DNA from: an uncultured Gemmatimonadales bacterium
GTDB lineage: Bacteria > Gemmatimonadota > Gemmatimonadetes > Gemmatimonadales > Gemmatimonadaceae
Length of the DNA: 64,000 bases
Reading direction: 5' to 3'
Assembly: GCA_963793305.1 (NCBI GenBank)
Contig: CAWBZV010000002.1
Location: forward strand, 832,001-896,000
The notes under the pieces were generated by a model. That model was not told the DNA's origin and did not search any database. It worked only from the letters and a program-made list of their open reading frames with translations. Both the position numbers and the translations under genes were made by a program. Positions 55,620-64,000 of this stretch are shown in pieces; the first letter of the stretch is position 1; each line of letters opens with the position of its first letter.

Positions 55620-56840
55620 ACGCCTCGCCGGAAGTCGCGACACGAGGATGGTGCAGTAGGGATTTTGCAGATATGGCCGAAGCCTAGTCCTGGCCACTGG
55701 TTCGGACCCTGGCAGACGACGTTACACTTCCACACGGGGCTTACTCTTAGGGAACTCAATTTGGAGCGGCTTGCCACGGTGCCAGGTGAAGTTCTATCGC
55801 AATCGAGAATGGAAGACGCTGAATGGGATCGGGCCGTTCTTGGTGAGAGCTTTGAACTATATGAGCGGCTCATGCGTGGCGAGGTGCCCAAACGGCTCGA
55901 GGTGCCGGAGCTCTCGCCGCTTCCGCAGATCCTGCTCGCTAACGCAATCGGCAACGTTGACATGCCGATCACGAGCAATCTTCACACGATCGGTAGGGCG
56001 TCGAGCGGCGCAAACTCCATTCTGTCAACTGCCATTGGCCGGTATCGGGGCGAGGAACAACTACCCATCCCTTGGCTCACGCACGCTCCCGAGTCTTCAT
56101 GGGCGATTGTGAATGCCCTTTATTTGGCTCAACTGACAGCGCGTTTTGATGATAGTGTTTCCGTACTGCTGCACTTCGCGAATGCCACAGGTACTCTGTC
56201 GTCTCTGCAACGTCAGCAGTTGAATGGCCTTCTGTTTCATCCCCTCCAGAATGCAGATCAACATGGTCGGCATGCGGATCCGAAGCGTACATTCGCCGGC
56301 GTATCCGCGCGGATAGTTAGCGGTCCTGAGCCTGAGACGCCGAGTATCACGGAATACCTAGCAGCGTTGGACGCGACGTGGCCGGCTCGACCTCATAGTC
56401 GGCGCGAGATGCTTGAGCTAATCGTACATGACAATGGACTGGGCATCGCGGCGCATTTCTACAACGCCACGCGTAAGCCCGGAGACCCTGATTTCAACGA
56501 TCTGTCTCTTTTCGGTGAATGGCAACGGCTGAATAACGCCTTCGAAAGACATCAGACGAGTAAGCGGGTGACCTTCCGCAGAGCGACTGGAACGCTGGCG
56601 ATGCCTGGGGTAGGCCTGGCCGGATTGCTCAACGCCACGAAGCAGCTGCGGGCATTTCTTGAACTTCGAACTGGCCGGCTGCGCGCATTTCAGTGGTACC
56701 GAGCCGATGATGTGATCGCTGACCGGAACCTGCTCCGCCCGGACGGACTTCCGGCGGCAGCGCCCCGGCTTGTCGGAACCATTTTCCGCTTCTTTGTGCC
56801 GCTTTATGGTCCCAGCGATGCGGTTAGGTCCGTGGAGTGA
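55620..56840 (+). CDS. GHKL (HATPase_c) ATPase/kinase-like protein; start uncertain
   Basis: N box HPLQNADQHG, G1 HDNGLGI, G2 GVGL, G3 GTIFRF. Confidence 0.75.
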   Translation, partial: TPRRKSRHEDGAVGILQIWPKPSPGHWFGPWQTTLHFHTGLTLRELNLERLATVPGEVLSQSRMEDAEWDRAVLGESFELYERLMRGEVPKRLEVPELSPLPQILLANAIGNVDMPITSNLHTIGRASSGANSILSTAIGRYRGEEQLPIPWLTHAPESSWAIVNALYLAQLTARFDDSVSVLLHFANATGTLSSLQRQQLNGLLFHPLQNADQHGRHADPKRTFAGVSARIVSGPEPETPSITEYLAALDATWPARPHSRREMLELIVHDNGLGIAAHFYNATRKPGDPDFNDLSLFGEWQRLNNAFERHQTSKRVTFRRATGTLAMPGVGLAGLLNATKQLRAFLELRTGRLRAFQWYRADDVIADRNLLRPDGLPAAAPRLVGTIFRFFVPLYGPSDAVRSVE

Positions 56841-59046
56841 GCGCCGAGCTTCTCTACGCTCGGTTTGGGCTGCGCGAGACTCGGATCTATGCAAGTTCAT
56901 GGTCCGATCCGGCCAGGCGCGTGCTTGTATTCGACGTAAACGGAGATATTCGCACGCCCACTCTACGCGATCGACTTCTTTCCCTTGAACTCAGTAGACA
57001 GCTAGACCACGTAGTACTTCGCGGAGTTTCAGAATACCTGGAAGCGGACATACTTACTGGAGACGGTCGCCGCGAGCTGGCCGATCGTTTTGGCAGTGCG
57101 GCTGTGTCGGTCGTCGATAGAACTGATTCCCGAAAGCTTCAAGCCGTTGTACTACAGGGACCGATAGACGAGGAAACTGCGCGTTCGTTGTTGACGCTGA
57201 GTGCGCAGGCTGAGGTGGAAGCCGCACTCGCTTGGAGCAACGCGATTTGGTCCGACTCATCCCACCATTTTATTGTGCCATCCGGCCACCACGCCGACAA
57301 GTTCGTTCGGGTCGCGGCCGTGTTCGCAGAGGCAACAAATGTCCTTCGGATAGCGGACTGGGTTGAGCACAGAGCGGCGCCGCCCTGCGTATTAGTAGCC
57401 GACACATATACTTTGCTGCCGCTGTTGCAAGAGATTCAACTGCAATGGATGCGACGGGCGAGAGTAGAGCTTCCACGATTCATACTGCCGCTCTACGGAG
57501 AACCCAGCGACAGTGTACGAGATCGGCTAGCTGAGATTGTGCCGATCGCCCGCGACTCGGGCGCCCAGATCTTGGCTTTAGTCAGTGTTACGGCGACGGG
57601 TGGGTACGTTGCCGCGCTGCAAGAGGGCCTCAAATCATTTGCGGAGCAGCCAGCGCTTGATGTGTGCGCCGTGTGCGCAACCCTGGGCGAAGGGCCTTTG
57701 TCTCTCGATTCTGCCTTGTGTCGGATACCGAGCAAGAGCTTCCCTGATCGTGCCTCCTGTGAGATGTGTCAGGTCAAGCATTCCACTCCGATTCCCATCG
57801 ACCAACATCACTTCACTACTCGTCTCGGCACCCATGTTCTGACGCTTCCTAAAGCGCCAGCGTTAGAGAACGTGGCGTTAGTTATTCGCGACGCCGATCA
57901 GTACGGCGCCCTTCGAGTGCATGTGGGTCGCAGCGATCGACACGGACACCTGGCAATATTCATCGATACCGCCCAGCTCCTGAAAAGCAAAGTATTTCAA
58001 GCGATCGCCACGGTTGGCTTCTATAAGGCGTGTACGGGCTTCACGCCGGACCTTGTGCTAATGCCATCGCATGACGGCACTGAAGCCGTCCGAGATTGGA
58101 TTACCGAACATACGCGTGCACCCATTGAGGTCGTCTCTGAAGGTCGGAGTATGGGGGACCTTGACGACCGAATCCGACGTGCGCGCCGAATCTTAATTGT
58201 CGATGATGCTGTTATCTCAGGAAGGACGCTAATAGGGCTTCTTGAGCGCGTACAGCGAGCGAAGGCGGCCGCGATGGACACCGATTACCAGATTCGCGGC
58301 CTGATACTGATAGCCCGTCCCGCGTATTCGACCGTTTGGCAAGGGCTTGTCGATCGCTTTTATATCAACAAACAGTATTGCCTAACTGGTGCTTGGGAGT
58401 TGAGACTGCCAGATATTGTCTCAGGCGGTCGCAATGCCTGCCCTTGGTGCGTCGAGTTGCGGTGGTTGCGCAGTGCTCTACCCGGCTGTCCTGACAGCGC
58501 CCGTCCGTACATCGAAAGTCGGATCAGGCGCCTTGAAGACTCGAACGGACTCAATGAGCGACTCTACCTTGGCACAGAGAATGCGCCCGAATATGCCGAG
58601 GCCAACGGATGGGATCCCAGCGTGCATACGACGCCCGGATCATATCTCGGCGATCTTTCGATGTGGGTGCATTCGTCGGCGCCTCAGCGTCTCTTCAAGC
58701 CATGCGAGATGAATGGAATTCCGACGCAAGGCGTTGGTCGATGAAGAGCGCCCTTCCGTTAGCTAAAGCGCTGCAGCGTTTTACGGATCCGGTAATAGTC
58801 GCTGCACTCCTGCGGGGAGTAGCCGCAGCGGAGCTCGCGTGTGAAGAAAATGAAGCCGAGTTGCCTCACGTCCTTGAGCGAATGGCGAACAACTCACTCG
58901 AGCCCATGCTAGCCGCAGAGGTCTTGTCAGCAGAGCAGCAACGCAAGCTGCCGCGTGGAGTATCCACAGCGGCCTTTCGTGGGGCTTTGACGAAGTTTTC
59001 ACCTGAAACGTGCGCCGGCCTGGAGTATTTGCTGGGAGATAAGTGA
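56837..59046 (+). CDS. Tandem PRTase-domain protein with two CxxC motifs; 1-nt deletion near 58660
   Basis: HFIVPSGHH, degenerate loop LALVSVTATGG, CEMC, intact ILIVDDAVISGRTL, CPWC; C-terminus continues in ORF 58609-59046; GTGA overlap with GHKL gene. Confidence 0.78.
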
Positions 59047-59096
59047 AAGTGTACGGCGCGAGAAAGGACTGGATTACACGTAATCCATGCCCAGAC

Positions 59097-59121
59097 CTTG
59101 GTACAAGAGATGGTACAAGAC
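59097..59121 (+). repeat. Putative integrase arm-type sites, right
   Basis: cttggtacaagagatggtacaagac. Confidence 0.75.
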
Positions 59122-59205
59122 AGTGCCTCAAATCTGCTCCTTTCGCTGCTTCTGTACGCCTCTTGTTCGCTCTAGAGATGGCCGGACTACAGGCGTCTGA
59201 ATCGA

Positions 59206-59248
59206 ACTCATAATGCCGGGGTCGCGGGTTCGAGTCCCGCCCCTGCTA
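59206..59248 (+). repeat. attR: duplicate of tRNA-Met 3' half
   Basis: actcataatgccggggtcgcgggttcgagtcccgcccctgcta identical to 37558-37600. Confidence 0.97.
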
Positions 59249-59252
59249 TTTG

Positions 59253-59287
59253 ACAAGGCACGCGACCTACGGTCCTGCGTGCCTTGT
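59253..59287 (+). terminator. Hairpin after attR
   Basis: ACAAGGCACGC...GCGTGCCTTGT 11-bp stem. Confidence 0.65.
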
Positions 59288-59420
59288 TCGTTCCCGCGCG
59301 GTACGTGGCTAGGGAGCCCCGGAGTCAGCTTGGAGGGAAGCAGGCATGGGCGTTCGCTCCGAGTAGCGCCGTAATTGCTGCCCCTGATTCTTCGCCACCT
59401 ATTGTGATCTAGGAGCGCTC

Positions 59421-59858
59421 TCACCGCTCGACCAGATGCACGTCTACCGTCAGCCCCAAAGCGTGGGCTACGCGTTCGAGTGTGCCCACTTGGAGATCCT
59501 TGCCTGGGCGCTCGAGCTTCGAGACTGATTGACGGCTGACGCCGATACGCTTGGCGAGGGCGGCCTGCGACAATCCCATCGCCTCGCGCGCCCATCGCAA
59601 CTCGATGCGCGCGGCAAGGACGGCGGGGACCCGCACGGCGAGCAGCTCGCCTGATGCGGGGGCACGAACGGATCGACGTGGCCGCGGAGGGCCTTCGTCT
59701 TCATCGACGAGCCATGCTTCGAGCCATCCGATCAAGGCGTCAGCTGCCACCGCGGCGACATCTTCGTTCGGCTCAGCGAACGTCTGACACCCGGGCGCGT
59801 CGATGAAGTCAACGAGTCGGCGCTTGCCGTCGCGCGTAACGATGGCGTGATACTGCAT
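59421..59858 (-). CDS. HicB-like antitoxin fused to Xre HTH
   Basis: VDFIDAPGCQTFA...ADALIGWL; LRWAREAMGLSQAALAKRIGVSRQSVSKLE. Confidence 0.85.
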   Translation of the reverse strand: MQYHAIVTRDGKRRLVDFIDAPGCQTFAEPNEDVAAVAADALIGWLEAWLVDEDEGPPRPRRSVRAPASGELLAVRVPAVLAARIELRWAREAMGLSQAALAKRIGVSRQSVSKLERPGKDLQVGTLERVAHALGLTVDVHLVER

Positions 59859-59951
59859 GTCCTGCTCCTGGTCCTTGGTATTCTGGAGCGCCGAGCTGGA
59901 TTGCGTTCTGCTACCACGGCACGCCCACGCCACCATCGGCCACGACCGCAT

Positions 59952-60414
59952 TCAACCCTTCTCAGCACCAGCGGCTCTCGCATAGCGCAGCGCTTGCGGG
60001 AATGTCCTCTGGTTCGAGCTCCGGGTACTCCCGCCGGATCTCGTCGACCGTCAACCCATTGGCGACGAGATTGACGATCAGCGACACCGTGACCCGAAAG
60101 CCGCGAATGCACGGGCGTCCTCCCATGACTCTGGGGTCGCACGTGATGCGCTCGAATGGCGGCGCTTGCGCGCCTGGCGCCACGATTTGAGCGGCATCAC
60201 GCTCGTCGTCATCGTCTGGATCCGATATCTGATCGGCCGGAATCCAAACGACACGATTCTCGAGCCATGACCACACGACGATCGGGCGTCCTCTTCGCTT
60301 ATGATCGCGGATCGCATCGGCAACACCTTCACGCAAGGCGCGATCGATCTCAGTACCTTCCGCGAACATTCTCGATAGGTCAACGGGTCGTCTGCCGCGA
60401 GTCGGCTGAGTCAT
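59952..60414 (-). CDS. DUF433 antitoxin-like domain with extra N-terminal module; 1-nt insertion near 60001
   Basis: RITCDPRVMGGRPCIRGFRVTV...YPELEPEDI; repaired end PQALRYA. Confidence 0.75.
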
Positions 60415-60647
60415 ATGCGGTCCCATCCAGTGCTGAAGCGCGTGGTGGCGTCGAGCGGTTACTGCTTCGAGAAAGTATCAAGCATCGCGTGGCGTCACGT
60501 CCACGTTGAGTTGTGAACGTGGCACGCTGCACCGTGAGCATCTGTGCGTAGAGCGGCGCGCTCGAGCGGCGTAAATTCTCGCCACTATCCAACCACAATC
60601 ATTCGCCAGGAGGCTGTCATGACGTAGTTCACTTATCCGGAGAACTG

Positions 60648-61034
60648 ATGGCCCATGGATCAAAACGGTGGATCATCGCCGTCGATGCCCGGCTCGCCCG
60701 CCGTCTCAAACGCTCCCGGCACCGCACGAGTAACGACCTCCTCGGCCCGCTCGTGCCATTCTCATGGCGACTAGGGCGCGACTGTCCCGAATGCGCCGGA
60801 CTATGGACCCTGTGGGACGCGTGCCGTCGCTGCCGAGAAGTGCGACGCACCGAGGCACGTCTGCGCGGTCGCACGTGGCCTGGTAGGGGAGTGCCTCACT
60901 GGTTCCGACGGCAGCTCGAGCGCCAGTACCGGGCCCGCGTGCGGCACATCCTCGCGATGGCCCGATACGACGGTGCGCGCTACGAGTTGCTACCTGGGAC
61001 ACGGCGCAAGGACGCTGCCTGGTTGTTCTGGTGA
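60648..61034 (+). CDS. Hypothetical Arg/Trp-rich protein with two CxxC
   Basis: GGAG RBS before ATG; CPEC, CRRC. Confidence 0.5.
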   Translation: MAHGSKRWIIAVDARLARRLKRSRHRTSNDLLGPLVPFSWRLGRDCPECAGLWTLWDACRRCREVRRTEARLRGRTWPGRGVPHWFRRQLERQYRARVRHILAMARYDGARYELLPGTRRKDAAWLFW

Positions 61035-61113
61035 CCCTAGCGGTGGTGCCGCACTTGGCACCGCGCCTCTGGCTCGACGCGTGGCGCTATGAGTCCTAGT
61101 GCGCGCGCTCGCT

Positions 61114-61152
61114 TATGTCAGAATTGACATATTCCCATTCACAACGTAAATT
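61114..61152 (+). promoter_or_regulatory. TA promoter with palindromic operator
   Basis: TATGTCA-GAAT-TGACATA overlapping TTGACA (61124-29), 17 nt spacer, TAAATT (61147-52). Confidence 0.7.
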
Positions 61153-61156
61153 CTCT

Positions 61157-61498
61157 ATGTTCGATCGCGATAAGCGTGTCATTTGGCTGCGTGGCGAGGT
61201 GAAGACTCCGCCGTTCTCGTCGTCGGCGCGGATCGAAGCCGGCCTCCTGTTGCGTCGGCTGCAACGCGGCGAGTCAATGTCCCTGCCGCATTCGCGGCCG
61301 ATGACGAGTATCGGTCAGCGTTGTCATGAGTTGCGTATCGTCGACGAGCAAGTAGAGTGGCGGATCGTGTACCGGATCGATTTGGACGCCATCCTTGTTC
61401 TCGAGGTGTTCGAGAAGAAGACGAGGCAGACGCCGCAGCACGTCGTCAATTCGTGCAAGCGCCGATTGCGAGTTTATGATGGGGCGGGGCGTAAGTGA
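61157..61498 (+). CDS. RelE/ParE-family (Gp49/HigB-like) toxin
   Basis: LPHSRPM..IG.RCHELRI...WRIVYRID...LEVFEKKT..TP. Confidence 0.9.
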   Translation: MFDRDKRVIWLRGEVKTPPFSSSARIEAGLLLRRLQRGESMSLPHSRPMTSIGQRCHELRIVDEQVEWRIVYRIDLDAILVLEVFEKKTRQTPQHVVNSCKRRLRVYDGAGRK

Positions 61499-61512
61499 CG
61501 CGGGAGGAATGT

Positions 61513-61824
61513 ATGGATAGGGCAAAGCAGAAGCGGCTCGAAGCGGCGGGATGGGCGGTTGGCTCCGCCGCCGAGTTCCTTGGACTGTCCGAGGAGGAGG
61601 AGGCTATTGTTGAGATGCGCCTGCGTCTCAGCGACAGCGTTCGGCTACGGCGCACGCGATTGGGACTGAGTCAGTCCACGGTTGCTAGGCGCCTCGGATC
61701 GAGTCAGTCGCGCGTAGCGAAGATGGAAGCGGCGGATCCGAGCGTATCGTTGGACTTGCTATTGCGAGCGCTCCTAGCGCTTGGAGCGACGCGTCGCGAG
61801 ATCGCGCGAGCCATCGCTGCGTAG
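61513..61824 (+). CDS. Xre-HTH antitoxin (HigA-like)
   Basis: AGWAVGSAAEFLGL, SSQSRVAKME; GGAGG RBS. Confidence 0.9.
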   Translation: MDRAKQKRLEAAGWAVGSAAEFLGLSEEEEAIVEMRLRLSDSVRLRRTRLGLSQSTVARRLGSSQSRVAKMEAADPSVSLDLLLRALLALGATRREIARAIAA

Positions 61825-61941
61825 CGACGCGCGTCTCTGTGGGTTCGAGCCACTGCGATTTGACTAGGCGAAATAGGAGAGCATCGCGGCGGCGCCGTAT
61901 TCCGACCGCATTGGGGCGCCGAGTGATGCCCTCGGGTCGCG

Positions 61942-62794
61942 CTATAACGAGCCGACGAAGGTGTGGATCAACTCGGCGATCTCGTCCGCGCTGGTATCCA
62001 ACGCGAAATGCCCGCCGTCGAGGATGTGCACCTCAGCGCTCGGCACATCCCTCCGATACGCCTCCGGCTCCGAGAATGTCGAAGGAGAGCTCGTACTTGC
62101 CCCACAACACCAAGAGTCGGGGCTGCCGCTCGCGCATCCACGCCTGCCACTTCGGATAAGCGTCGACGTTGGTGCGGTAGTCGTAGAACAAGTCGCTCTG
62201 AATGTCCGCCTGCCCGGGCTGGCTCAGAAATCGAAACTCATCGGTCCAAAGATCCGGGTCGTACCGTTCCACGTTGGGATCGCTCCCAACATGGCGCGTC
62301 CGCGTTGCCGCCAGCGACAGGAGATTGGTGCGAAGCGTAGATTCGTTCGCCGCGCGGTCCGCCCAAAAAGCCCGCCGCGCCTTCCAGTTGGCGCCCAACC
62401 CTTCGTTGTGCGACACAGCGTCTTGAACGATGAGCGCCTGGATCCGCTCCGGGTGCGCGAGCGCCATCCGAAATCCTACCGGGCCCCCGTAGTCCTGCAA
62501 GTACAGGATATAACGTGACAAGCCGAGCGCTTCGGTGAAGTGATTCATGATCTCGGCGTAGTGATCGAACGTGTACGCGAACTGCTTCGGATCCGGCCAA
62601 TCACTGTGCCCGAACCCCGGGTAGTCCGGCGCCACGAGGTGGTAGCGATCGGAGATTCGCGCGAAGAGCGGCTCGAACATCCGCGACGACGACGGGAGAC
62701 CGTGCAGCAACAGGATCGTCGGCGCGCCTTTGGGTCCGGCCTCCCGGTAAAAGATCGACACGCCGTCGATCTGCTTCGTATGATAGGCTGTCAC
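61942..62794 (-). CDS. Alpha/beta hydrolase (epoxide hydrolase/dehalogenase-like), 1-nt insertion near 62075
   Basis: LLLHGLPSSS, APDYPGFG, QDYGGP; repaired C-terminus LDGGHFALD. Confidence 0.88.
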
Positions 62795-63256
62795 GAGCTC
62801 ACCTCGAGAGTGATTTCCAGCTCGACGGGAACGCCAAGCGGCAGACTGGCGACACCGTACACCGAACGGCACGGCTGCTTGTCGTCGCCAAACACGTCTC
62901 GCAGCAACTCCGAGGCCGCGTCGGCAATGCGCGGCTGATCGCGCACATCGCCGGAATGTCGCGACCGACACGACGAGGCGCACCAGCCGTGTCACTCGGT
63001 CGAGTGATCCCAAATGCTTTCGCGTCACGGCGAGGACATTGAGGGCCGCGAGATGAGCGGCCTTGCGTCCCCCCTCGACATCCAACTCAGCCCCGACGCG
63101 CCCAACGACTTTCGCCGCGCGCCCTTCGGTGGGAAGCATGCCCGTCAGGAACAGCAGGTTGCCGGTTTGTACTGCCTCGGCATACGCGCCGAAAGGCTCA
63201 GGCGGCGCCGGCAGCGTGATCCCAAGCTCCTTCAACCGCTGCTCGGCGCTCGTCAT
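62791..63256 (-). CDS. RidA/YjgF-family protein, 1-nt insertion near 62955
   Basis: RLKELGITLP...GAY...GNLLFLTGMLP; repaired C-terminus GVASLPLGVPVELE. Confidence 0.88.
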
Positions 63257-63267
63257 AATCTCGCAAG

Positions 63268-64000
63268 CTATCTCGGCGCATACAGGAACGTGAGGGCCGC
63301 CGGCAGCCGCGCGGCCCAGGCTGCGTGCGTATGCGTGGCGCACGGTGCCACGACGACGCGAAGGCGCGAGGAGTCGAGTCCCGCGCCGCGGAGCATCGTC
63401 TCGAACTGCCGCACGTGATGAACCATGAACCGTCCGCTATTGTCGGGTGGATCGAGGATGGTCGCATCGCACGTCCGATCACCGCCCTCGTTCGTACCCA
63501 CTCCGAGGTAGATGCGCTGCGGCCAGGATCGGAATGTCGCCGCGTCGGCAAAGAACTGGTCACCATAGACGTCGAGCGTCGGGCTCTCGATGAGCGCGCG
63601 GCCGAACACGCCCGGCCGCACCAGTATGACGTACGCGCTGATGAGCCCTCCGTACGACGAGCCGCCAATGCCGCTGTTGGCCGCGTCGGTGAGCGTGCGG
63701 TAGCGTGCGTTGATAAATGGCATCACCTCGCGAACCATGAAGTCAGGATAGCGCTTGCCTTGCGGATTCGTCTCCGATGAGTGCGCGAGCGTATCCGGCC
63801 ACGGCAGATACTCGTGCGCCCGCGCCTCGGCGCCGGCATCGTCGACGCCGACAACGATGAGCGGCGCGATGCGACCTGCCGACACGAGTTGGTGCACGGT
63901 CTCGTCTACGCGCCACTCCGAAGGACCGAAGACGGACGTGGCTGGATCAAAGAGGTTCTGGCCGTCGGCCAGGTACAGCACGGGATAGCGGCGGTCGCGG
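63268..64000 (-). CDS. Alpha/beta-fold esterase (5' end outside window)
   Basis: YPVLYLADGQNLF, GGSSYGG nucleophile elbow, H..AAWAARLP. Confidence 0.88.
   Translation of the reverse strand, partial: RDRRYPVLYLADGQNLFDPATSVFGPSEWRVDETVHQLVSAGRIAPLIVVGVDDAGAEARAHEYLPWPDTLAHSSETNPQGKRYPDFMVREVMPFINARYRTLTDAANSGIGGSSYGGLISAYVILVRPGVFGRALIESPTLDVYGDQFFADAATFRSWPQRIYLGVGTNEGGDRTCDATILDPPDNSGRFMVHHVRQFETMLRGAGLDSSRLRVVVAPCATHTHAAWAARLPAALTFLYAPR

Larger units (their letters stand above)
37558..59248. mobile_element. Integrative mobilizable element (~21.6 kb) at tRNA-Met
   Basis: Perfect 43-bp repeats 37558-37600 and 59206-59248; integrase, xis, virD4, relaxase, mobC inside; no VirB/Mpf genes. Confidence 0.95.

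Noticed and set aside
59206..59248. Third tRNA gene
   Set aside because: Only the 3' half is present (no D arm or 5' acceptor strand); it is attR. The same applies to 33510-33542
62033..63343. RidA-alpha/beta hydrolase fusion
   Set aside because: Repairing the indel near 62955 gives RidA its own stop at 62791, overlapping the hydrolase GTG

Overview
High-GC bacterial chromosome segment; the gene set and order suggest Gemmatimonadota, which is inference only. Positions 1-30 kb are housekeeping genes: pxpABC, pitA, DUF2723, purH/purN, selA, valS, thrS, thiolase/hbd/acyl-CoA dehydrogenase, glyA, nnr, thiL, plsC, eno and ftsB. Two CAU tRNAs follow and both act as integration sites. tRNA-fMet (30173-30246) has a 3.3-kb integrase-less islet closed by a duplicate of its 3' end. 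tRNA-Met (37527-37600) carries a 21.6-kb integrative mobilizable element bounded by a perfect 43-bp att repeat (second copy 59206-59248). The element encodes a tyrosine integrase with an atypical active site, Xis, an ECF sigma factor, RadC, VirD4, a MOBP relaxase and MobC, but no mating-pair genes. Four cargo slots hold defence-like genes: DUF4209/HEPN; an OLD-type ATPase-TOPRIM plus a Cap15-like TM-beta-barrel between two 147-bp hairpin repeats; a Cys/His membrane protein; and a Sir2-like/Ntn-hydrolase/GHKL-ATPase/tandem-PRTase cluster. The GHKL + tandem PRTase pair is the best candidate for an undescribed system. A TA-rich remnant lies right of attR. About 12 genes are broken by single-base indels, and 8 of them are repaired by RCATTC->RCATC, pointing to a motif-specific, possibly methylation-linked, sequencing error rather than pseudogenes. 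All family calls come from motif recognition by eye; no searches were run.
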